Shown here: piece by piece, positions 49,636 to 59,749 of the stretch
How positions within the stretch are numbered: position 1 is the first letter of the stretch
How the letters are laid out: each line of letters starts with the position of its first letter
Assembly: GCA_963844965.1 (NCBI GenBank)
Contig: CAWJQC010000004.1
Coordinates: 1 to 64,000, forward strand
Reading direction: 5' to 3'
Origin: an uncultured bacterium
GTDB lineage: Bacteria > Patescibacteriota > Minisyncoccia > UBA6257 > 2-01-FULL-56-20
DNA: 64,000 nucleotides
Made by a program: the position numbers and the translations under genes
The notes under the pieces: model-generated
What the model was told of the DNA's origin: nothing
Seen by the model: only the letters and a program-made list of their open reading frames with translations
The model's database searches: none

Positions 49636-51424
49636 TTAAACGGTCCCTCGGGGTGACGCGCGGAACGCAGCCTCAACATCCAGGTCCTCCCAGCCGGCTT
49701 TCTTCAATTCGCCGCGAATCACGTCGTCCACAAACGCGGCGGCGCGGGCGGCCCTGATATATTCCACGAGCTCCGGATTCTGGGAACCGGCTTGGGTTGA
49801 TTTCACTTCCGCGGCCGGAGAAGCGGCGGTTGCGGCGTCCGCGCTAACTTGCCGCGCGGCTTCAGGGTTCGCCGCTGAAGCCGCTGAATTGTTTTTCTCC
49901 GCTTCTTCCCGCGTCGCCTCATGTTTTATAAGTTCTTTCTCTTCCGTCTCCAGCTTCACTATTTCCTCCTCCTCTTTTTTCATCCGCTTGCGAAGCATGA
50001 CTACGACAAACGCCGCTATTATCAGAACCAACACTCCGCCGCCCGCGATAAGCCACGCGGTGAGTCCGACTCCGCTCAGCCGCTCCTTTATGACATCCCA
50101 TGGCGTATCAAGCGACCCGCCCGCGGCGATAAGCGCCGCGCACTGCTCTATATACGGGTCAGCGTATTTGTTTACGGAGAATTTCGCGTCGGAATTCTCG
50201 GCTATCTTGAATTGCTCCGTCGCTTTCTTGCACTGCTTGGCGTGCAGAAGCGCGAGACCCTGTTCCATTGAATCGGTGAAGCCGCTTGTATCGTTTTTCA
50301 GCGACTGTGCGTCAAGCGCGGCTTTCGCCAGTTCAACCGGAACGGCGGATGCGAAATTATCCCCTAAAATGTCGCTGAGCCCCGATTCAAATGTCACCAA
50401 ACCAATGACCTCTCCGTCAGCTCCGAAGAGCGGCCCTCCGCTTGAACCTTCGGAGATCTTCGCGTCCGATTGCAATATTTTGAAATCCTTATTTTGGGAA
50501 TCTTTGATGGCGGTTATCACTCCCTGTGTGAACGTCGGCTCAAGATAATCTTGCGACCCGATACTGGGCCGTACCCGGAAAGCCAAACACGTAAATTTTC
50601 TGGCCGACAGCGGCCAACGCCGAAGCGCCGAGCTTCATGGCCGCGAGGTTACTTTCGCCAATCTTAAGAATAGCGACGTCCTTGTCGTCAAGGTTGTAGT
50701 TATCATTCACGCTCAAAACCGTTGCCGGAAACGAATCTTTGATAAGTTCGGTGAGTTTTTGTTTCGTTGATGTCGGATTCAGCACGACGACCTCCCGCAA
50801 GATGTCAAAGCGGCTGTTGGCTTCCAGGGCGGATAAAATTTTCTTTCCATATTCTTCTCCCATGCTTTCCGCATCCAGCGAGTCAATCCCTTTATCTTTA
50901 TAATACTTTTCCAAGTCCTGTATTTCATTCGGTTTCAAGGAGAACATTTCTTTGAATATCACCGACGTCATAGCCGCGCCGAGTATCGCCTGCCGCATGG
51001 TCTCTTCCGAAACAACATGGGAGTTTGTGAGGACCAGGCCGGATGGATTCACGACGAAACCGCTGCCCGCGAGATACTGCTCCGTGGAAGTGCCGTTAAC
51101 GGCGCCTGATTTCGGAAACGACACGGCAAACGTTCGGAGGTCAATGCTAAAATCGGGCACCGTTGAGGTTACCAGGAAATGCGTGAGCACCCGAACAATG
51201 GACGGCTTCGTTATGTCCGCCAATTCCTCTTCGCTCATCGCGAGCGGCTGCGGCGTGGGCATGCTCCAAAGATCGGAGAGCGACGCCGTCCCCGATCTCC
51301 CACCGCCGGGCAAACTGCGGAGAGCAACGGCGCCCAAAAACGCCGTGCTCACAAAAAGCGCGACCAAAAACAAAAAGAGCGGTAGCCATATCCGTCCACC
51401 TTCCCTACCGTTGCCGATAAATGG
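49636..51424 (-). CDS. Trypsin-like (S1) serine protease with N-terminal TM anchor, C-terminal TM plus coiled-coil/charged tail; frame-shifted near 50560
   Basis: GSGFVVNPSGLVLTNSHVV (His region) in ORF 50540..51514; GSSGGPLFGADGEVIGLV (Ser region) in ORF 49636..50586. Confidence 0.7.
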
Positions 51425-51562
51425 CATGTATAAATTATAACAAACCCGGAATGAGCCTGGCACTTCACGACAACTTAAACGTGGGTCTGAATTAACTCGT
51501 TCAAATCCAGCCAAAACTTAACCCGTTGCCCTAAACACTTCGTGTCGGGCAGCTAAAACAAA

Positions 51563-51596
51563 AAAGCAGGCGATTCACCTGCTTTTTTGTTTTAGG
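51563..51596. terminator. Bidirectional intrinsic terminator (aaaaaagcaggcgattcacctgcttttttgtttt) just 3' of tRNA-Thr(GGT)
   Basis: GC-rich hairpin flanked by an A run and a T run. Confidence 0.6.
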
Positions 51597-51599
51597 CTG

Positions 51600-51672
51600 A
51601 GCCGATGGCCGGATTTGAACCGGCGACCTACTCCTTACCATGGAGTTGCTCTACCAGCTGAGCTACATCGGC
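51600..51672 (-). tRNA. tRNA-Thr (anticodon GGT)
   Basis: Acceptor gccgatg/catcggc, D arm tagctcagctggtagagca, anticodon actcc-atggtaa-ggagt, T arm gccgg-ttcaaat-ccggc. Confidence 0.8.
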
Positions 51673-51808
51673 GAACTTAGTCCCGACGCGCTTCGGGCAT
51701 CGGTTTAAGTTTACTATTACGAAAACGCACAGTCAAAACACCGTGTTTTTATCCCGTCACACGGTCCTCATTTCTGGCGTGCCGGTGATTCTTCAAAAAT
51801 AGCCCGGA

Positions 51809-52060
51809 CTAGGCGGCACCGGCCGTGTCGGATTTGTCCTTGCTTATGCCGAGCTTGTTCATTAAACCCTTTCTCGTTTTCTCCAGCTCGGGCAACAGCA
51901 CTCGGTCCTCTACCGTAGAATTACCGGCTCCCATCCACATGTTCAATTCTGCAATCCGCTTCTCAAGATTCTTAAGCTCGGCTATATCGGCCTCGCGCCT
52001 TGCCATTTTTGCCTCATCCTCTAACCTTTTTTCTTTTCGTTCAAACCATCCCATAAACAA
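51809..52060 (-). CDS. Hypothetical coiled-coil protein
   Basis: 83-aa ORF. Confidence 0.4.
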   Translation of the reverse strand: MFMGWFERKEKRLEDEAKMARREADIAELKNLEKRIAELNMWMGAGNSTVEDRVLLPELEKTRKGLMNKLGISKDKSDTAGAA

Positions 52061-52142
52061 ATGTTAGCAAGCAAACGCCACAATATCAATATTTATGCCT
52101 ACGCGTCTTATTTAAACCGAACTGTTTTACCCCACACTTTCC

Positions 52143-52180
52143 GCCGAATGAGCCGAGGAGAGGAGTCGAACCTCCAACCT
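52143..52180 (-). ncRNA. tRNA 3' fragment (T arm ggagg-ttcgact-cctct, identical to that of tRNA-Leu, plus acceptor 3' strand cctcggc) directly downstream of tRNA-Thr(TGT)
   Basis: No room for a 5' half before the adjacent tRNA; a complementary acceptor strand gtcgagg lies at about 52402-52408. Confidence 0.5.
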
Positions 52181-52212
52181 ACGGTTTATCCCGATTTTGC
52201 AAAATTTGCCTT

Positions 52213-52284
52213 GAGCCGGCGGTCGGATTTGAACCGACGACCTGCTGTTTACAAAACAGCTGCTCTGCCGCTGAGCTACGCCGG
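52213..52284 (-). tRNA. tRNA-Thr (anticodon TGT)
   Basis: Acceptor gccggcg/cgccggc, D arm tagctcagcggcagagca, anticodon gctgt-tttgtaa-acagc, T arm gtcgg-ttcaaat-ccgac; flanked by direct repeats ttttgcaaaat (52187-52199 and 52289-52300). Confidence 0.8.
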
Positions 52285-52329
52285 CAATTTTTTTGCAAAA
52301 TCGCGGACTCGCGATATTGTAAGCAAATC

Positions 52330-52408
52330 GTAGATTTGCACAATATCGGAGCAAAACCGTTGCTCCCTGCCCCGCACCGAGCTTTGCTCTGGTGCGCGGG
52401 TGCCATTG
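52330..52408 (-). ncRNA. tRNA-like 5' fragment (acceptor gtcgagg plus D-loop-like tagttcaatggca) followed by two hairpins
   Basis: Hairpins ccgcgcacc...ggtgcggg and ggagcaa-cggtt-ttgctcc; acceptor complementary to the 52143-52180 3' fragment, with one G-U pair. Confidence 0.4.
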
Positions 52409-52520
52409 AACTACCTCGACAAATATGCCTGAACCCAAAAATTATTCTAACAGAAAATTGAAAAATCGGCAATTTTCATCAAAAAAGCCCCGCGCTCGAA
52501 GCACGGGGCTACTCAAAATA

Positions 52521-52784
52521 TCATTGCGCCAATACCTTGTTAGGTTGAGCAACTTGCCGTCTCCCGGTGTATCCCCTGATCTCACTCAGCCCGGCATAAA
52601 TGACGTGACCAACCATCAATTCCGGACGATCTTCGTCCATACCCCCTACAAACTCACAGGGAAAACCGGCTCCCATAACAAGCTGGCAAGCATCCCTTGA
52701 TTCGTTTGACACTCCAAAGATCAGAAGGGCTTCATCTCTGATGGGGATTTCTGTTGCCATTACAAGTCTCCTTTCGTAATTCAT
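52521..52784 (-). CDS. Hypothetical protein
   Basis: 87-aa ORF. Confidence 0.35.
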   Translation of the reverse strand: MNYERRLVMATEIPIRDEALLIFGVSNESRDACQLVMGAGFPCEFVGGMDEDRPELMVGHVIYAGLSEIRGYTGRRQVAQPNKVLAQ

Positions 52785-52919
52785 AATAAACTACTTTCAT
52801 AATAAGTCGCGGCGCAAATTTTGTCAAATTTTCACGCATATGTGCATAAATCCTCTTTCGCGGACGCGAGAATTTCTCTATGATTAAGGAAACAACAACC
52901 GAGACCGTCAAAATTTTTT

Positions 52920-55900
52920 ATGTCCAAGTTCACGCATCTCCATATCCACTCCCACTATTCTCTGCTTGACGGCCTCACAAAAATTGACGACCTTGTCGCG
53001 CGGGTAAAGGAACTCGGAATGGATTCGGTAGCGCTCACCGACCACGGCGTTCTCTACGGCGCCGTTGAATTTTACAAAAAGGCGCGGGCCGCCGGCATAA
53101 AACCGATCCTCGGCCTCGAAACCTACGTCGCGCCGAGGGACAGGTTCAGTAAAGAAACGAGTGAGCGGTATTATCACCTCATACTCCTCGCGGAAAGCAA
53201 CACCGGCTGGAAAAATCTCATAAAACTTTCCACCAAAGCGCACCTGGAAGGGTTTTATTACAAACCCCGCGTTGACAAAGACCTTCTGCGGGAATGCCAC
53301 GAGGGACTCATCGCGCTCTCGGCATGCCTAGGCAGCGAGATCGGCCAGGCGCTCCTTGAAGGCAACACGGAAAAAGCTGAGCGCATCGCTCGGGAGTATG
53401 AAGAAATATTCGGCAAAGGAAATTATTTTCTGGAGATCCAAAAACATCCGCGCATTGCCGATTCAGAAAAGATAGAGACGGGACTCATAGACCTGTCGCG
53501 CGCTACCGGCATCCCTCTCGTCGCCACGCAGGACAGCCACTACCTCCGCTCAGAGGATGCGGAATACCACGACGTGCTTCTCGCTGTGCAGACCGGCAAT
53601 CAACTCGCCGACCAGGACCGCCTGACGATGAAAGACGATGACTTCTCCCTCCTTTCTCCGGAAGCAATGGCGGAAAAATTCGTGCGCGTTCCCGAAGCCA
53701 TCGCCCAGACTTCCGTTATCGCCGAGCGCTGCAATGTTGAACTGCAACTCGGAAAAGTTATCCTGCCGAATTTTCCCAAGCCGGAGGATAAAACCGCGAA
53801 CGAATACCTGAGCGACTTGATAAACGAAAAGATCGGTAATCGCTTCACAAAAGAAAAACAAACTCCTGAACTTTTGAAGCGATTGGAATACGAGCTCACT
53901 ACGATCGAGAAGACCGGATTCGCCGATTACTTTTTGATAGTCGCGGACATGATCAACTGGGCCAAAACCCACGGCATAGCCGTAGGCCCTGGCCGCGGTT
54001 CCGCCGCCGGAAGCCTGGCTTCGTATATCCTCGGCATAACGGACATCAATCCGCTTGAATACAACCTCCTTTTTGAGAGATTCCTGAACCCCGACAGGGT
54101 TCAAATGCCGGACGTTGACATGGATTTCGCCGACACGCGGCGCGATGAGGTCCTGGCATATCTGCGCGAAAAGTACGGCACCGACCATGTGGCGCAGATA
54201 ATAACTTTCGGAACGATGATGGCGAGAGCGGCGTTGCGGGACGCGGGCCGCGCGATGGGATTTAGCTATAATTTCTGCGACCAAATCGCCAAGCTGATCC
54301 CGTTCAATCCGACACAAGGAATGAAAGAAGGATGGCTGGACAGGTGTCTCGCCATGGTGCCGGAACTTAAATCCACCTACGAAGGCAATGTGGACGCCAA
54401 GCGCCTCATTGACACCGCACGGCATCTTGAAGGAGTGGCGCGCCACGCGTCGGTCCACGCCTGCGGTACGGTGATCTCCAAAGAGCCGCTCGTGAATTAC
54501 CTGCCGTTGCAGCTCGCGCCACAGGACAAAAACAATGTCATCACACAATTTGAGATGCACAGCGTGGAAGACCTGGGACTCCTCAAAATGGATCTCTTGG
54601 GACTCAGGAACCTCACCGTAATAGAGGAAACCGTACGCCTCGTGAAAGACACGCGCGGCGAGGAGTTGAAAATTTCCGAACTGCCGCTCAACGACAAAAA
54701 AACATTTGAACTTCTGCGGGCGGCGAACACCACGGGCGTCTTCCAGTTCGAAAGTTCCGGCATGAAACGCTATATGAAGGAAATTGAACCGACAAGCATT
54801 GAAGACCTAATCGCCCTCGTCGCTCTTTTCCGCCCCGGCCCGATGGAACTTATTCCGTCCTTTATCAATCGCAAGCATGGGCGGGAAAAAATCACATATC
54901 TTCATCCCCTGCTTGAACCAATCCTAAAAAACACCTACGGCATCGGCGTTTATCAGGAACAAATGATGCAAATCGCCCGCGACCTCGGCGGCTACACGCT
55001 CGCGGAAGCCGACACCCTGCGGAAAGCGATCGGCAAGAAAATAAAAAAACTTCTGGACGAACAGAAAGAAAAACTCATAAGCGGCATGCGCAAAAAAGGC
55101 ATACCGCAAAAGACGGCGCAAGCTATCTGGGAACTCTTCCCACCTTTTGCGCGCTACGGTTTCAACAAATCGCACGCCGCCTGCTACGCCCTGATCGGCT
55201 ACCGGACTGCATATCTCAAAGCGCACTATCCGGAGGAATTCATGGCGGGACTCCTCAATTCCGAGCTGAGCGATATTGACCGCATCTCGGTTCTCATAGA
55301 AGAAGCGAAGCAGTCCAACATCGGGATACTGCCGCCGGACATTAATAAAAGTTTCGTAAATTTCACACCAGAGGGAGAAAAAATCAGGTTCGGTCTGGTA
55401 GCTGTGAAAAATGTCGGCGAAGAGATAGCGAAGAACATCATAGAAGAACGGATCCGCGGCGGCCCGTTCAAGAATTTTGAGGATTTCCTCTCGCGGGTTC
55501 AGCACAAAGACCTGAACAAAAAATCCCTGGAGTCGCTCATAAAAGGCGGCGCGTTTGACTCGCTTGGCGTGGAGCGCAATCAGGCCCTCCAAGGAATGGA
55601 GGATGTGCTCAGGTTCGCGAACGTTTTCCGCAAAGGCGCAGCATCCATGAATGGCAGAAGTACTTCCCTCTTCGGTGTGAGCACGCCCAAAGCTTCGTTA
55701 AAATTGAAAATTGTTCCGCCGGCGACAAACGAGGAAAAGCTTGCCTGGGAAAAGGAACTCCTCGGATTCTACCTGTCCGAGCATCCTCTGAAGGCCTACG
55801 AGAAAAAAATAAACGGCTACAACGCGAAGCCGATATCCGAAGTGCGGAAGATAACGAACGGCCAGCTTACGGTGCGGACCGCGGGCCTTGTCTCACAAAT

Positions 55901-56117
55901 CAAAAAAATTCTCACGAAGAACGGCCAGCCGATGCTCTTCGCGAAAATTGAGGACCTCTCCTCGCAGCCTATTGAGGTTGTCGTATTCAACAGCACTTTA
56001 GAAAAAACGGCGAAGGCCTGGGTTCTAAACAACGTCGTCCTGCTTGAAGGCCGCGTCAACTGGCGCGACAACGAACCCAAAATCATCTGCGAGCGAGCGG
56101 CGAAGCTGGAAGCGTAA
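52920..56117 (+). CDS. dnaE: DNA polymerase III alpha subunit (short 1065-aa form)
   Basis: N-terminal PHP domain HLHIHSHYSLLDG, polymerase core, OB fold. Confidence 0.9.
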   Translation: MSKFTHLHIHSHYSLLDGLTKIDDLVARVKELGMDSVALTDHGVLYGAVEFYKKARAAGIKPILGLETYVAPRDRFSKETSERYYHLILLAESNTGWKNLIKLSTKAHLEGFYYKPRVDKDLLRECHEGLIALSACLGSEIGQALLEGNTEKAERIAREYEEIFGKGNYFLEIQKHPRIADSEKIETGLIDLSRATGIPLVATQDSHYLRSEDAEYHDVLLAVQTGNQLADQDRLTMKDDDFSLLSPEAMAEKFVRVPEAIAQTSVIAERCNVELQLGKVILPNFPKPEDKTANEYLSDLINEKIGNRFTKEKQTPELLKRLEYELTTIEKTGFADYFLIVADMINWAKTHGIAVGPGRGSAAGSLASYILGITDINPLEYNLLFERFLNPDRVQMPDVDMDFADTRRDEVLAYLREKYGTDHVAQIITFGTMMARAALRDAGRAMGFSYNFCDQIAKLIPFNPTQGMKEGWLDRCLAMVPELKSTYEGNVDAKRLIDTARHLEGVARHASVHACGTVISKEPLVNYLPLQLAPQDKNNVITQFEMHSVEDLGLLKMDLLGLRNLTVIEETVRLVKDTRGEELKISELPLNDKKTFELLRAANTTGVFQFESSGMKRYMKEIEPTSIEDLIALVALFRPGPMELIPSFINRKHGREKITYLHPLLEPILKNTYGIGVYQEQMMQIARDLGGYTLAEADTLRKAIGKKIKKLLDEQKEKLISGMRKKGIPQKTAQAIWELFPPFARYGFNKSHAACYALIGYRTAYLKAHYPEEFMAGLLNSELSDIDRISVLIEEAKQSNIGILPPDINKSFVNFTPEGEKIRFGLVAVKNVGEEIAKNIIEERIRGGPFKNFEDFLSRVQHKDLNKKSLESLIKGGAFDSLGVERNQALQGMEDVLRFANVFRKGAASMNGRSTSLFGVSTPKASLKLKIVPPATNEEKLAWEKELLGFYLSEHPLKAYEKKINGYNAKPISEVRKITNGQLTVRTAGLVSQIKKILTKNGQPMLFAKIEDLSSQPIEVVVFNSTLEKTAKAWVLNNVVLLEGRVNWRDNEPKIICERAAKLEA

Positions 56118-56206
56118 TTTTAGAAAATAGTAAGTAGAAATTAGAAAATAGAATTTTGTCGGGATTTTCGGCGAAGTTCCGATTTCTATTTTCTATTTAC
56201 TATTTT
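56118..56206. terminator. AT-rich long inverted repeat (tagaaaatagtaagtagaaattagaaaatagaattt / tttctattttctatttactattttctactttcta) between convergent dnaE and the nucleotidyltransferase gene; likely bidirectional terminator
   Basis: Member of a TAGAAA(A)TAGAA family also at 20110-20190, 49500-49560 and 59750-59840. Confidence 0.5.
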
Positions 56207-56614
56207 CTACTTTCTATCTACGATATTGCTTTTATATCTATGCGGCTCGTGCGCCCTCAAAACAACCATCTTCGGCCGCCAACGAAATTCCTTGCGGTGA
56301 TTTTTCAGGTCCTCTTTGAGCGCCACCTGGTCGTAACCCAAAGCGATAACGTCGGGCTTGTGCTTTTTCACGACCTCGTAAACGCCGAGTTCAGCGTCGC
56401 CGAGCGCGACCTCGTCAACAAGAGGTTCTTTTCGCAGGTCGTCAATTCTCCGCGCGAGATTTCTCTGCGGCAGACGGCCCTTCAAGTACTCAGCCGTATG
56501 GTCCTGCGCGACTGCGACGAGCAAATAATGGCCGTATTCCCTGGCTTGTTTAAAAAATTGACGGTGACCTTCATGGATGCCGTCAAAAACGCCGAAGACC
56601 AGAACTTTTTTCAT
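56207..56614 (-). CDS. Cytidylyltransferase-family nucleotidyltransferase (HxGH; RibL/TagD-like)
   Basis: VLVFGVFDGIHEGH motif; 135 aa. Confidence 0.65.
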   Translation of the reverse strand: MKKVLVFGVFDGIHEGHRQFFKQAREYGHYLLVAVAQDHTAEYLKGRLPQRNLARRIDDLRKEPLVDEVALGDAELGVYEVVKKHKPDVIALGYDQVALKEDLKNHRKEFRWRPKMVVLRAHEPHRYKSNIVDRK

Positions 56615-56676
56615 GTATCACGCAACATGAAACATGTAGCAGTTAAAACGGTGCTACATGTTTCGTGTTATATGTT

Positions 56677-58125
56677 TCATTTTTTCGGACGCATCAGCGG
56701 GAAAATCACGGTCTCGCGCACGGGCTTGTCCATCAAAATCGCGAATAGGCGCTCTGACATGCCGAAACCGGCGGCGGGCGGCATACCGTACTCCATAGCT
56801 TCCAAGTAATCCTCGTCCAGCCGCTGGGCTTCATTGTCCCCTTCCGCACGCAACTTCATCTGCTCCTCAAACCGCGCGCGCTGGTCAAGGGGGTCATTCA
56901 GTTCCGAAAAACCATTTCCCACTTCCGTGCCACAGGCCACTACCTGAAACCGTTCCGCGACTTTCGGATTTTTCCGACTGCGTTTGGCCAAGGGTACTAA
57001 TTCAACCGGTGGGTCAACCAAAAAGCACGGCTCAATCAGTTTGGGTCGGATGGCTTTCTTATATATCAGATCAATAAGGCGTCCTCTGCCGAGATTTTCC
57101 TCCGGCTGCAGGCCGAAAGAACGTGCCGTGATAAAAAGCTCTTTGCGCGTGGCAACCGTCGGGTCAAGCCCGGCAGCTTTCTTAAATTCCTCCACGTAAT
57201 TCACTTTCGGCCACCTCTTCCCCCAGTTTATTTTTTTGCCGCCGAAGGTCACGGTAAAACCGCCGCAGGTTTTTTTGACAACGGCTTTGTACATTTTTTC
57301 CACGGACGCCATCATGTCGTTGTAATCGGCGTAAGCCCAGTAGTATTCCATGTGCGTGTAGTCCTGCAGATGTTCCTTGTCTATGCCTTCGTTGCGGAAC
57401 ACGCGGCCAATCTCAAAGACCCTTTCAAAACCGGCGACGAGAAGTTTTTTCAAAGACAGTTCCATGGATATGCGCAGGTAGAAGTCAACATCCAGCGCAT
57501 TGTGATGCGTTTTGAACGGCTCGGCGTCCGCGCCTCCGGGAACGCTCTCCAGAACGGGCGTTTCCACTTCCAAAAATCCTTCGCCCTTAAGATAATTGCG
57601 GATAGTTTCCCAAAAAACGGCTTTCTTCTCAAAAAGCACCTTTGCTTCCGGATTCATAAGCAAATCCAGGTATCGTTTCCGCAGGCGCGTTTCAATGTCT
57701 TCCAGCCCGTACCACTCGCTCGGCAACGGACGCAGGGATTTCGCCAGTATTTTAAGCTCTTTAACTTCCAGACTTTCCTCTCCTTTTTTCGTCTTGAACA
57801 ACGAGCCACCCGCGTAAATAAAATCGCCGATGTCCAAAACGGATTTCCAAAATTCAAAATCCGGCAAATTGTCTTTCTTCAAAACCAGCTGCAGCTTGCC
57901 CGTGGCGTCTGCCAGATCAAGAAACACGATATTCCCCTGGTCGCGCGAGCCCAAAATGCGCCCGACCAAAGAAATCTTCTTCCGGGATTTCGCCAGCGCG
58001 TTGAATCTTTTCCGCGCCTCGGCAATCGCAAGCGTCCGCTTCGCCTCCGGCGGATACGGGTCGAGCTTCACTTTCTTTATTTCTTCCAGCTTCTTCAACC
58101 GCTCTTTGATAAGATCGTCAAGCAT
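56677..58125 (-). CDS. lysS: Lysine--tRNA ligase (class II)
   Basis: 482 aa; N-terminal OB fold and class II motifs 1-3. Confidence 0.9.
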   Translation of the reverse strand: MLDDLIKERLKKLEEIKKVKLDPYPPEAKRTLAIAEARKRFNALAKSRKKISLVGRILGSRDQGNIVFLDLADATGKLQLVLKKDNLPDFEFWKSVLDIGDFIYAGGSLFKTKKGEESLEVKELKILAKSLRPLPSEWYGLEDIETRLRKRYLDLLMNPEAKVLFEKKAVFWETIRNYLKGEGFLEVETPVLESVPGGADAEPFKTHHNALDVDFYLRISMELSLKKLLVAGFERVFEIGRVFRNEGIDKEHLQDYTHMEYYWAYADYNDMMASVEKMYKAVVKKTCGGFTVTFGGKKINWGKRWPKVNYVEEFKKAAGLDPTVATRKELFITARSFGLQPEENLGRGRLIDLIYKKAIRPKLIEPCFLVDPPVELVPLAKRSRKNPKVAERFQVVACGTEVGNGFSELNDPLDQRARFEEQMKLRAEGDNEAQRLDEDYLEAMEYGMPPAAGFGMSERLFAILMDKPVRETVIFPLMRPKK

Positions 58126-58356
58126 TAGATTAATTATGCCCCATTATCAATCAAAATTCAAAATCGGGATAACATAAAAAGCTGTTTTTGCCGACAGGCT
58201 AAAACACCTTATATCCAAAAGAATTGAGTGGCGTTTCTTGGGAAACCCGCAGCCGATTTAGCTAGGTCTTTGCCGAAAGGCAAAGTAAATCGGCGAGGAC
58301 AAGTCGAATTTGCCGCCGGAGCAAATTCGACGGGTTCCCAAGAAATCTCGCCGCTC
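58126..58356 (-). promoter_or_regulatory. Structured greA-lysS intergenic leader: about 125-nt multi-stem element (20-bp outer stem ggcgagatttcttgggaacccg/cgggtttcccaagaaacgcc enclosing two hairpins, one with a GAAA tetraloop), then a terminator-like hairpin plus U run about 60 nt before the lysS ATG
   Basis: Begins right after the greA stop; no T-box consensus found; candidate attenuator/riboswitch, or a palindromic repeat element. Confidence 0.4.
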
Positions 58357-58823
58357 GATTCCCTCACTCTATCTTAGTAATCTGGTATACAATCTGTCCC
58401 GCCGGCGCGTTAACGGTCACGCTGTCGCCGACTTTCCTGCCGATGAACGCTCTGCCGAGCGGCGATTCGTCGGAAATCTTTCCTTCCTCCGGCTTCGCTT
58501 CATAAGAACCGACTATCGTGTAACGCGCAATCTGATTCTCCTTTCTTGGCGAAAACCGTGGAGCAGACGCCAACTTTCTCCGCTCCTTCTGTCTTCTTTA
58601 TAATCACCGCTTTTTTCAGAAGTTCCTCCAGATCAAAAATCCGCGTCTCAACGAGCGCCTGCTCTTCCCTCGCCTCCGCGTACTCGGAATTTTCCGAAAG
58701 GTCGCCGTATTCCTTCGCGTGACGCAAACGCTCCGCGATTTCCGCGCGTTTCGTATTTTTCAGAACGTCAAGTTCCTGCTTCAATTCCTCAAGACGTTCT
58801 TTTGTTAAGTAATATCTGTCCAC
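58357..58823 (-). CDS. greA: Transcription elongation factor GreA; frame-shifted near 58540
   Basis: N-terminal coiled coil ...GDLSENSEYAEAREEQ... (ORF 58500..58823); C-terminal FKBP-like ...SPLGRAFIGRKVGDSVTVNAPAG (ORF 58364..58573). Confidence 0.8.
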
Positions 58824-58885
58824 GATAGAAAATTAAAAAATTTAAAAATCAAAATGCAAAATTTGGGTGTCCTACGGACCAGATT

Positions 58886-59749
58886 TTATAATTTGTCAAT
58901 TTTAAATTTTTCATTGTTATTTTGAACTTTGATTTTTACATTTTCAACTTGATACTTGCCGGTCCACAGCCACCAACGAATTTTACACGTTTCCCATAAA
59001 GTTTTCAAGTAGGCGGAAGCCGGAAGCCTTGAGCGGGCATCGTTCACCCAATGAACCGGAATTTCCTTAATTTTGTAGCCGAATTTCTTGGCCAATGCCA
59101 GGATCTCCACGTCAAATCCCCAACCGCTGATTTTTGATAAATTGAAAATTTTTTCCGCTGCCTCATCCGTAAACGCCTTGAAGCCACACTGCGTGTCCCA
59201 AATCTTCGGCAACAGCAGTGCTTGAATGATCAAATTCCCGACCTTTCCCGGGATCTGGCGGTAGAAGGGCTGCGGCGGGTCAAGTTTGCTTCCTTTGAGC
59301 ACGCGGTCACAGATCACGACATCATATCTCTCGCGCGCCGCCACGGTCGGCGCAGAAAGCGTTCCCAGTTTCATATCATCCGAATCCGACTCAACTGGTA
59401 CGCCTCCCGGAGCAAAATACGGCATCATGGCATTGAAGTGATCTATGGACGTAGAATTGTCGGCATCGGTGAAGAGCCGAATCTTCCCCCTTGCGAGAAG
59501 CATTCCCTGCCGGACAACTCCGCCCTTGCCCTTGTTCTCGGAATTATCTATCAGCTTGAGGTTTTTGATAAGCTTCGCCATATTGCTGACGATTTGGGCG
59601 GTGTTGTCCTTTGAGCCGTCGTTCACGACCAAAATTTCGTAGGAATATTCCGCGTCTGCCAGGCGCTTGTCAATATCAACGAGCGTCAAGGGCAGCCGCT
59701 CGGCCTCGTTGTAGGCGGGAATGATGATAGAAAGATAGGGCTGGGCCAT
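58886..59749 (-). CDS. Family 2 glycosyltransferase (polyprenyl-phosphate sugar synthase-like)
   Basis: LSIIIPAYNEAERL...VVNDGSKDNT... Confidence 0.85.
   Translation of the reverse strand: MAQPYLSIIIPAYNEAERLPLTLVDIDKRLADAEYSYEILVVNDGSKDNTAQIVSNMAKLIKNLKLIDNSENKGKGGVVRQGMLLARGKIRLFTDADNSTSIDHFNAMMPYFAPGGVPVESDSDDMKLGTLSAPTVAARERYDVVICDRVLKGSKLDPPQPFYRQIPGKVGNLIIQALLLPKIWDTQCGFKAFTDEAAEKIFNLSKISGWGFDVEILALAKKFGYKIKEIPVHWVNDARSRLPASAYLKTLWETCKIRWWLWTGKYQVENVKIKVQNNNEKFKIDKL

Noticed and set aside
53550-55592. Long minus-strand ORFs (53550..54560, 54924..55592) antisense to dnaE
   Set aside because: They fall wholly inside the well-supported dnaE CDS, have no domains or RBS, and are typical GC-rich antisense ORF artefacts.
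58126-58356. T-box riboswitch upstream of lysS
   Set aside because: No AANNNGGGTGGNACCGCG T-box sequence and no obvious specifier-loop/antiterminator arrangement; kept only as a generic structured leader.
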